Assembly: GCA_005879795.1 (NCBI GenBank)
Contig: VBKJ01000129.1
Location: 1,931 to 65,930 of the forward strand
Reading direction: 5' to 3'
From: Deltaproteobacteria bacterium
GTDB lineage: Bacteria; Desulfobacterota; Binatia; DP-6
DNA: 64,000 nucleotides
Position numbers and translations under genes: made by a program. Under the pieces are notes generated by a model that saw only the letters and a list, made by a program, of their open reading frames with translations, ran no database searches and was not told the origin of the DNA. Shown here in pieces: positions 31,005 to 38,183 of this stretch. How positions within the stretch are numbered: the first letter of the stretch is position 1; every line of letters begins with the position of its first letter.

Positions 31005-31628
31005 CTGACCGAGGCGCAGATCGAGCGCTACAGCCGCCAGATCGTGCTGCCCGAGGTGGGCGGGGGCGGGCAGGAGCGGCTGCTCGCGGCGCGCGTCGTG
31101 CTGGCCGGTGACGGGCCGGCGGCGGAGGCGGCCGCCACCTTCCTCGGCCGCGCGGGTGTGGGCGCGCTGCACCTCCAGGCGAGCGCCGGCGCGCTGTCCG
31201 AGCTGTCGCCCGACTGCCAGGTGAGCCGCCACGCGGGCCTCGAGGAAGCGCCTGCGGCCGGCGTCGTCGTCGACCTGACGCCAGACACCGCGTTGAGCGC
31301 CGTGCTCGCCCGCCGGGCACAGGCGGGGCGGCCGTGCGTGCTCGGCGCCCTCAGCGGAGCGATGATCTTCGTCTTGACGCTGGTCGGGCGGCCGTGCGTC
31401 GCCTGCCTCGGCTCGGAGCGCCTGGAAACGCGCCGCGCCGCCCGCGGGCCGCTCGCCGCGCCGGCGCTGCTCGGGCTCGGTGCGCTGGCGGCGAACGAGG
31501 CGCTTCGCGTCCTGCTCCTGCCTCCGGCCCGCGGCCGCCTGGTCAGCCTCGGGCTCGAGAGCGCCATCGTGAGCGCGGTCGAGGTGAGGTCCACCGCCGG
31601 CTGCGCCTTCTGCGGCGGCCGCCCGTGA
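31005..31628 (+). CDS. E1-like paralog with RYSRQI N-terminus but a degenerate nucleotide-binding loop
   Basis: MLTEAQIERYSRQIVLP...; Gly-rich loop replaced by VVLAGDGPAAEAA; CVAC...CAFC zinc motif retained. Confidence 0.6.
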   Translation: MTEAQIERYSRQIVLPEVGGGGQERLLAARVVLAGDGPAAEAAATFLGRAGVGALHLQASAGALSELSPDCQVSRHAGLEEAPAAGVVVDLTPDTALSAVLARRAQAGRPCVLGALSGAMIFVLTLVGRPCVACLGSERLETRRAARGPLAAPALLGLGALAANEALRVLLLPPARGRLVSLGLESAIVSAVEVRSTAGCAFCGGRP

Positions 31629-32806
31629 CCCACCCCGCGCACTGGAAGCCCGAGCTCGCCGCGCGCGGGGTGCGCCTCGACGCGAGCGCGGCGCGCCTGG
31701 GCGCCGGTGACACGGCGCGCCCCCTCGAGCTCGCCCTGCTCGACGACGTCCGCGTCGGCGTCCCGATCGACGAGCGCTCCCCATTCGTCCTCTTCGCCGA
31801 CAGCGCCCGGCACTTCCTCGTGCGCCGCGATCCGGGCGGGGCCGAGAGCGCGCGCGTCGAGGTGCGGCCCATCCCGCGGCCCGGCTTCTACGAGCGCCGC
31901 ACGAGCCGCGGCACGCCCATGGCGCGGATCGCCACCGTGCGCGGCAGCCACCTGCTCGTGAACCCGAGCAGCGCGTGCGGCTTCAGCGTGCGCGGCACGC
32001 CGTGCCGCTTCTGTGTCGAGGGTGCGCGCGTCTCCGCCGAGCGCGACGCGGTCCCGGTGGCCGACGTCCTCGAGGTCGTGCGCGCCGCGTTCGACGAGGG
32101 CGCGTGCGAGCTGGTGTACTTCAACACCAGCCACTTCGAGAGCGAGGACGGCGGCATCGCCTTCCTCGCCCCCTACATCGAGGCGGTGCGCCGGCACTTC
32201 GACACGCTGATCGCGACCCAGGTCCATCCGCCCCGCGCGACCCACTGGATCGACGAGACCTACGCCATGGGGGTCGACGCGCTCAGCTACAACCTCGAGA
32301 TCTTCGACCCCGACGTGTTGAACCGCCACTGCATCGGGCGCGCACGCTACATCGGGCGCGAGCGCTACCTCGAGTCCCTGGCGCACGCCGCCAGGGTGTT
32401 CCCGAGCGGCACGGTGTGGAGCGACCTGGTGCTCGGCCTCGAGCCCGCGGACTCGACGATCGCCGGCATCGACGCGCTGGTCGAGATGGGGGTGGTGCCG
32501 GTGGCCGCCCTCCTGCGGGGCGAGCACCCGCTGCCCGCGCCGGCCGACGTGGCGCCCCTGCTCGCGCACCTCTACCGCGCCGTCAAGCGCCGCGGCATCA
32601 ACATGGGCTGGGTGCGCGACCTGGCGCTCGGCATCACGCCCCTCGAGGCGCGTCACTTCGCCGGCGACGGCGCCCGCCTCGCGGTGACCGTCCAGCAGCT
32701 CACCCGCTCGCGCCTGGGCGCGCTCGCGGCGCGCGGCCTCGCCCGCTTCCGCCGCCGCCTGCGCGTGCGCAAGGTGAGCGAGTCGTTCGACGCCGCGCAC
32801 CTGTAG
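31625..32806 (+). CDS. putative Fe-S (radical-SAM-like?) TIM-barrel enzyme with an atypical Cx8Cx2C motif
   Basis: SSACGFSVRGTPCRFCVEG near the N-terminus of a ~390-aa alpha/beta protein; GTG overlaps the upstream stop; family not recognised. Confidence 0.45.
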   Translation: MTHPAHWKPELAARGVRLDASAARLGAGDTARPLELALLDDVRVGVPIDERSPFVLFADSARHFLVRRDPGGAESARVEVRPIPRPGFYERRTSRGTPMARIATVRGSHLLVNPSSACGFSVRGTPCRFCVEGARVSAERDAVPVADVLEVVRAAFDEGACELVYFNTSHFESEDGGIAFLAPYIEAVRRHFDTLIATQVHPPRATHWIDETYAMGVDALSYNLEIFDPDVLNRHCIGRARYIGRERYLESLAHAARVFPSGTVWSDLVLGLEPADSTIAGIDALVEMGVVPVAALLRGEHPLPAPADVAPLLAHLYRAVKRRGINMGWVRDLALGITPLEARHFAGDGARLAVTVQQLTRSRLGALAARGLARFRRRLRVRKVSESFDAAHL

Positions 32807-34281
32807 TGGCTCGCCCGCAAGAGCGGCAGCACGCGCCGGCCGACGTCGTCATCGACACCCGGCCGCTGTGGCGCATCCTCGCCGAGCGCACCTACCGGCC
32901 GGTCGTGCTGGCGATGGGGCTCCTCGGCTTCCTCGCGCTACGCGCCATGGCGCCGCCCGCCGGTCTCTCGGCCGCCGGGCAGAGCGCGCTCGCCATCTTC
33001 GCCCTCTGCCTCGTCTACTGGGTGACGAACGTCATCCCGCTCATGGTGACGAGCCTGCTCGCCATGGTGCTCCTGCCGACCACGGGTGCGCTGCCCGCCC
33101 GGGACACCTACGCGCTCTTCGGCAACGAGGCGGTCTTCTTCATCCTGGGCGCCTTCATCCTCGCCGCCTCGCTCATGAAGTGCGGGCTCTCGACCCGGAT
33201 CGCGATCGCCGTGCTGCGCCGCTTCGGCCACACGCCGCGCGCGCTCCTCCTCTCGCTCTTCCTGATGAACGCCTTCATGGCGTTCTTCATGTCGGAGCAC
33301 GCGGTCGCCGCCATGACCTTCCCGATCACGGTCGAGATCGCGCGCGTGCTCCGCCTGCCGCGCCAGCAGAGCAACTACGGGCGCGCCCTCTTCCTCGCCA
33401 TGGCGTGGGGCACGCAGATCGGCGGCATCGCGACCCTCCTCGGCGGCGGACGGGCGCCGCTCGCGCTCGGCATGCTGCGCGACTTCAACGGCCAGACCTA
33501 CAGCTTCGCCCAGTGGACGCTCGCCGCCTGGCCGCTGGTGGCGGTGCTGCTGGCGGTGGGCTGGCAGGTGATCGTGCGCTTCTTCCCGATCGACATCACC
33601 TCCGTGCGCGACGCCGACGTCGTCATCGCGGAGAAGGCGCTCCGCCTGGGACGGCCCTCGGGCAAGGAGAAGTCGATCGCCCTGGTGATGCTCGGCACCC
33701 TCGCCGCCTGGATCGTCGGGGGCGAGGAGTTCGGGCTCGCCACCATCGCGCTCGGCGCGGTGGTGCTCCTCTTCGTCCTGGACCTCCTCAGCTGGCGCGA
33801 CATCGAGCAGTACGTGAACTGGGGCGTGCTCCTCATGTACGGCGGCGCGATCGCGCTCGGCTCGGCCCTCAACCGCTCGGGGGCCTCGACCTTCATCGCG
33901 AGCGTCACCGTGAGCCGCTGGGCGCACAGCCCGCTGGCCGTCGTCGCCATGATCTCCGCCCTGGGCATCCTGCTGACCGAAGCGATGAGCCACTCGGCGG
34001 TGGTCGCGCTGCTCATGCCGGTGGCCCTCGGCATCGCGGCGCAGTTCGGGATCGATCCGCGCGTCATGGCGCCGGCGGTGGCGCTGCCCGCGGGGCTCGC
34101 CTTCACGCTGCCCGTCGGCACGCCCGGGAACGCGATCGCGTACTCGTCGGGCTATCTCCGCCTGCGCGACATGCTCGTGCCGGGCTCGGTCATGGTGGTG
34201 ATCGCGTGGGCAGCGTTCAACCTGGTGGCGCGGTACTACTGGCCGCTGATCGGGCTCACGCTCGCCGCGCCGCGGCCGTGA
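32806..34281 (+). CDS. DASS/SLC13-family anion:Na+ symporter (sulfate/thiosulfate/dicarboxylate-type)
   Basis: Polytopic protein with duplicated halves and conserved SNT-like motifs (TNVIPLMVTS, TLPVGTPGNAIAY); start uncertain (GTG 32806 or ATG ~32913). Confidence 0.75.
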   Translation: MARPQERQHAPADVVIDTRPLWRILAERTYRPVVLAMGLLGFLALRAMAPPAGLSAAGQSALAIFALCLVYWVTNVIPLMVTSLLAMVLLPTTGALPARDTYALFGNEAVFFILGAFILAASLMKCGLSTRIAIAVLRRFGHTPRALLLSLFLMNAFMAFFMSEHAVAAMTFPITVEIARVLRLPRQQSNYGRALFLAMAWGTQIGGIATLLGGGRAPLALGMLRDFNGQTYSFAQWTLAAWPLVAVLLAVGWQVIVRFFPIDITSVRDADVVIAEKALRLGRPSGKEKSIALVMLGTLAAWIVGGEEFGLATIALGAVVLLFVLDLLSWRDIEQYVNWGVLLMYGGAIALGSALNRSGASTFIASVTVSRWAHSPLAVVAMISALGILLTEAMSHSAVVALLMPVALGIAAQFGIDPRVMAPAVALPAGLAFTLPVGTPGNAIAYSSGYLRLRDMLVPGSVMVVIAWAAFNLVARYYWPLIGLTLAAPRP

Positions 34282-34336
34282 AGTTGCCTCGCCCCTTCGA
34301 CCACCACTCGCCTCTCAGCCTGGTTTGTCGCTACGA

Positions 34337-34353
34337 TCTATATCGGGTATAGA
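34337..34353. promoter_or_regulatory. perfect inverted repeat TCTATA-tcggg-TATAGA, candidate VapB operator/-10 region
   Basis: Palindrome 15 nt upstream of the vapB ATG; AbrB/MazE-type antitoxins autoregulate at such sites. Confidence 0.4.
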
Positions 34354-34367
34354 CTTGCGGTGAGCGC

Positions 34368-34604
34368 ATGAGCACGAGAGCGAAGCTGTTCTGGAACGGA
34401 CGCAGCCAGGCGGTCAGGCTGCCGAAGGAGTTCCGCTTCAGCGGCGACGAGGTCCTCATCCGCCGGGCGAACGACAAGGTGATCCTCGAGCCCGTTCACA
34501 AGGGCTGGGACGATACCTTCTGGGCCTGCTTCGGTAAGCTCTCGGACGACGTCGAGCGGACCGAGTTCGTGGCGAGCGAGCGCCGCGAGGATGCCTTCCC
34601 CTGA
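34368..34604 (+). CDS. vapB: VapB antitoxin (AbrB/SpoVT-MazE fold)
   Basis: 78 aa with a swapped-hairpin N-terminus (AKLFWNGRSQAVRLPKEFRF); overlaps vapC. Confidence 0.8.
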   Translation: MSTRAKLFWNGRSQAVRLPKEFRFSGDEVLIRRANDKVILEPVHKGWDDTFWACFGKLSDDVERTEFVASERREDAFP

Positions 34605-35002
34605 GGTACCTGCTCGACACCAACATCTGCATCTACGCCCTGAAGCGCCGGCCGCCCGAGGTTCTGAGTCGGCTCGAGCGCCTCACGCCCGCCGACGTCG
34701 CCGTGAGCGCCGTGACCGCGGCCGAGCTCAGGTTCGGGGCGAGCAAGAGCTCCGCTCCGGAGCGGAATCATCGCGTGCTCGACGTCTTCCTCGGGCACAT
34801 CAACGTGCTCGCCTTCGACGTCGATGCCGCGACGAGCTATGGACGGGTGCGCGCCCATCTCGAGCGACGGGGGCGTCCGATCGGCGCGATGGACACGCTG
34901 ATCGCCGCCCACGCGCTCTCCCTCGGGGCGACGCTCGTCTCGAACAACGTCCGTGAGTTCAAACGGGTCCCGAGATTGCGGTGCGAGAACTGGGTCAGTT
35001 AG
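34601..35002 (+). CDS. vapC: VapC PIN-domain toxin (apparent CTG start)
   Basis: [13 protein letters not shown]...TAAEL...[13 protein letters not shown] are the PIN acidic residues; no in-frame ATG/GTG/TTG upstream of the catalytic Asp; CTG at 34601 overlaps the vapB TGA. Confidence 0.7.
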   Translation: MRYLLDTNICIYALKRRPPEVLSRLERLTPADVAVSAVTAAELRFGASKSSAPERNHRVLDVFLGHINVLAFDVDAATSYGRVRAHLERRGRPIGAMDTLIAAHALSLGATLVSNNVREFKRVPRLRCENWVS

Positions 35003-35036
35003 CCCGAACGGCCCGACATCCGAGAAAGGATCCTCG

Positions 35037-36296
35037 ATGCCCGATCTGATCCCTCCCCACGGCGGCCTGACCGAGCCCGTCTCCCTGACCGTCCCCGCGC
35101 ACGAGGTGGAGCGGTTCCGGGCGGAGGCGGCGCGCCTCGCCAGGGTGCCGGTCTCCGACTCCGACCTCTCGAGCGTCTATCGCTTCGGCGACGGCGGGCT
35201 CTCCCCGCTCACCGGCCCGATGGACGCGGCCACCTACCAGCGCGTCCTCGACGAGTGCGTGATCGAGCGCGGCGGCCGGCTCTACGCCTGGACGATCCCG
35301 ATCGCGCTGCCCGTGACGGCGGAGCTGGCGCGGAAGCTCGGGCGCGGAGAGACCGTCGCGCTGACCAACAGCGCCGGCGCCGTGGTCGCGACCCTCGCCA
35401 TCAGCGACGTCTACCCGTGGGACAAGGCGAAGTACCTGCGCAGCGTCTACGGCACCGAGCGCACCGACCATCCCGGCGCCGACATGGTGCTCAAGGGCGA
35501 CGCCGACAGGACGCACCTCCTCGGCGGCCGGCTGCGCGTGCTCCCGCAGCCGACGCACCCCGCGTTCGGGAGGTACGTGCTCACGCCGCGCGAGGTGCGC
35601 CGCCTGCTCGCCGCCAGGGGCTGGGACCGCGTGGTCGCCTTCCAGACCCGCAATCCGCTCCACCGCGCGCACGAGTATGCGCTCGTCTACGGGCTCGAGA
35701 CCCTGCTCCGGGCCGGGCACGACGCGGGCGCGGCTCTCAACCCCCTCATCGGCGAGACCAAGGGCGACGACGTGCACGCCGACGTGCGCATGCGGACCTA
35801 CGAGGCGCTCATCGAGACGCGCGCCCTCGGCGAGGGCGACAGCGATCCCACGCTCTGGGGGCCGCGCGGCGAGTCGGTGCCCGACCGGGTCATCCTCCTC
35901 GGCCTCGACATCAAGATGTTCTACGCCGGCCCGAAGGAGGCGGTGATGCACGGCATATACCGGCAGAACTTCGGCTTCACCGACCTGGTCGTCGGCCGCA
36001 AGCACGCGGATGCGCCCTTCCACGACGGCACGCCCATCTGGGGCGACTTCGACGCGCAGGAGGTCTTCGGCTCGCTCCGGGGCGACCTCGGGATCAAGCC
36101 CGTCAAGGTCGGCTTCGCCGCCTACTACGAGTCGGTCGGGCGCGTCGACCTGATGGACAACCATCCCGGCGAGAAGCCGCTCACCATCTCCGGCAAGGAC
36201 GTGCGCAGGGCGCTCCTCGAGGGCCGCGAGGTGGACCCGCGCATCATGCGGCCGAGCACGGCGCGGATCCTCGCGGCGGCGATGACCGGGGGCTGA
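35037..36296 (+). CDS. sat: sulfate adenylyltransferase (ATP sulfurylase)
   Basis: [11 protein letters not shown] and GRKHAD motifs; full-length match. Confidence 0.9.
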   Translation: MPDLIPPHGGLTEPVSLTVPAHEVERFRAEAARLARVPVSDSDLSSVYRFGDGGLSPLTGPMDAATYQRVLDECVIERGGRLYAWTIPIALPVTAELARKLGRGETVALTNSAGAVVATLAISDVYPWDKAKYLRSVYGTERTDHPGADMVLKGDADRTHLLGGRLRVLPQPTHPAFGRYVLTPREVRRLLAARGWDRVVAFQTRNPLHRAHEYALVYGLETLLRAGHDAGAALNPLIGETKGDDVHADVRMRTYEALIETRALGEGDSDPTLWGPRGESVPDRVILLGLDIKMFYAGPKEAVMHGIYRQNFGFTDLVVGRKHADAPFHDGTPIWGDFDAQEVFGSLRGDLGIKPVKVGFAAYYESVGRVDLMDNHPGEKPLTISGKDVRRALLEGREVDPRIMRPSTARILAAAMTGG

Positions 36297-36303
36297 CCGC
36301 CGC

Positions 36304-36597
36304 TCAGCGCGCCCCGAACGGGTGCAGCTCGACCGTCACCCCGAACACCTCGACCAGGAGCAGGTAGAGCGCGAGGAGCGCGGTGAGCAGCGCGCCGAGC
36401 GCCACCACCGCGACGCCCGAGAGCATGAGGAAGGTGATGAGTGCGCCCACCGTCACCGCCGGGGCGAGGAAGGTCGGGCGGTTGAAGGGCGCGATGGGCC
36501 GCAGGAGCGAGAGGACGCCCTCCCCGCGCACCTCGGCACCGAACGCCTCCGCCACGTTCCAGAGCTGATTTCCGATCTCCTCGACCCAGGTTCCCAT
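36304..36597 (-). CDS. small membrane protein, hypothetical
   Basis: 97 aa with two hydrophobic helices. Confidence 0.35.
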   Translation of the reverse strand: MGTWVEEIGNQLWNVAEAFGAEVRGEGVLSLLRPIAPFNRPTFLAPAVTVGALITFLMLSGVAVVALGALLTALLALYLLLVEVFGVTVELHPFGAR

Positions 36598-36598
36598 C

Positions 36599-37050
36599 TC
36601 AGTCCTCCGCGCGCAGCATGATGATGAGCGCCCCCTCGGCGGCGCGCCGGTCCTGATCGACGCCGAAGAGCATCACGCCGCGGTTCTGGAGGCGCACGCG
36701 CGTGTCCACCAGCGCCCGTGAGCCGTCCGTCAGCTTGACCTGCATCACCACCGCCTGGTCGCGCATCCCCTTGGGCAGCACGTGCAAGAGCCGCCCGCCC
36801 GGGAGCGCGAACTCCTCGCTCGTCTCCCACGCGCACCGGCGCCGCTCCTCGCGCACGATCTGGAACGAGCGATAGCCCACGAGACGCCGGAGGCGCGGGC
36901 GGAGGTCGACGAGCTGCGCATCCGAAGGCCCGCGCTCGCTCGCGCGCACCGTCGTGATCTGCACCTCGAGCGCGAGCGCGCGCGCCACCGCGAGCAGGAC
37001 GAGCGCCCCCGCGGCAAGACCGAGCGCGACGGGGCACGCCTCGCGCGTCA
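36599..37050 (-). CDS. hypothetical membrane-anchored protein downstream of the anti-sigma factor
   Basis: Putative GTG start; one TM (ALGLAAGALVLLAVA) then a soluble domain. Confidence 0.35.
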
Positions 37051-37530
37051 CTGACCCGCCTGGTCGCCGTCCGCGCTCACCATGATGAGCGTCGTGCCGT
37101 TCTTGCGCTCGCGGCGAAGCTCGAAGTGGCCGCTCGAGTCGATGCGCTCGATCACCGCCTGGTTCGGGCGCGGCCGGGCCGCGAGGCGCGGGGGCTCGGG
37201 CCCCGGGCTGCGCAGCCAGACGAGGGCGGTCGCCGCGGCGGCGAGCGCGACCCCCCACGCGGGCGCGGTGCGCAGCCGTCGGCGCCACGCGGCGCGGGCA
37301 TCGTGGCGGTCGATGCCCGCGCTCACCGCCGGCCACACGCGCGAGAGGTCGAGCGCCTCCGCCTCCGTCAGGCCGCGCTCGACCGCCTCGCGCAGCGCCG
37401 TGAGCTCGTGCACCGCCGTGTCGCAGGTGCTGCAGCCGCCCGCGTGGCGGGCAACCGCGAGCAGCACGGCTGCGGGCAGCTCGGCGTCGACGAAGGCATC
37501 GAGCAACCCGGCAACCTCGCCGCACGTCAT
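37048..37530 (-). CDS. zinc-binding anti-sigma factor (HxxxCxxC, ChrR/RsrA-like) with C-terminal TM
   Basis: MTCGEV...ARHAGGCSTCDT; a TM helix ~100 aa in; immediately downstream of the ECF sigma gene. Confidence 0.6.
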   Translation of the reverse strand: MTCGEVAGLLDAFVDAELPAAVLLAVARHAGGCSTCDTAVHELTALREAVERGLTEAEALDLSRVWPAVSAGIDRHDARAAWRRRLRTAPAWGVALAAAATALVWLRSPGPEPPRLAARPRPNQAVIERIDSSGHFELRRERKNGTTLIMVSADGDQAGQ

Positions 37531-37544
37531 CACCGGTGCGATCC

Positions 37545-38105
37545 TCACAGGAGCTCCCGGAGACGCCGCTGGAGCTGGCGGCGCGCGTAGTGGAGACGGC
37601 TCATCACCGTCCCCTTGGGACACTCGAGAACCTGGCTGATCTCCGCGTAGGAGAGCCCCTCCAACTCGCGCAGGAGTATGACCGCTCGGTGATCGGGGGT
37701 CAAATCTTGGATGGCCGCGCGCACCCGGCGGGCGATCTCGGCATCGCGCGCCCGCGCGAAGGGCTCGTCAGGGTGGGGGCCGTCGGCGCGGGCCGACGGG
37801 GCGTCCTCCTCGGCGTCGAGGCCGATCTGCGGCCCCTTGGCAGCTCGCCGCTGGTGGTCCACGCACAGGTTGTAGGCGATGCGGTACACCCAGGTGTAGA
37901 AGGCGGCGTCTCCCTTGAAGCGGTCGAGGCTCTGGTAGGCTTTCGTGAACGTTTCCTGCACGATGTCGAGGGCGTCTTCGCGGCTGCGCAGCATGCCGAG
38001 CGCCAGCGCGGCGATCTTGCGCTGGTAGCGCTCGACCAGCTCGCGGAAGGCGTCGTGGTCACCCGTCCGCGCGCGCTGGACGAGCTCCCAGTCGCTAGGA
38101 GCCAC
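37545..38105 (-). CDS. ECF (sigma-24-type) RNA polymerase sigma factor
   Basis: Sigma-70 regions 2 and 4 (DIVQETFTKAY...; LSYAEISQVLECPKGTVMSRLHYAR). Confidence 0.9.
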   Translation of the reverse strand: MAPSDWELVQRARTGDHDAFRELVERYQRKIAALALGMLRSREDALDIVQETFTKAYQSLDRFKGDAAFYTWVYRIAYNLCVDHQRRAAKGPQIGLDAEEDAPSARADGPHPDEPFARARDAEIARRVRAAIQDLTPDHRAVILLRELEGLSYAEISQVLECPKGTVMSRLHYARRQLQRRLRELL

Positions 38106-38183
38106 GGAACGCTCGTGCCAGATAGGACGGGCCGCCGCCCGGGCTATTCAGCCGCCGGGCGCGGCGGGGCACCGCGGGCGGCG

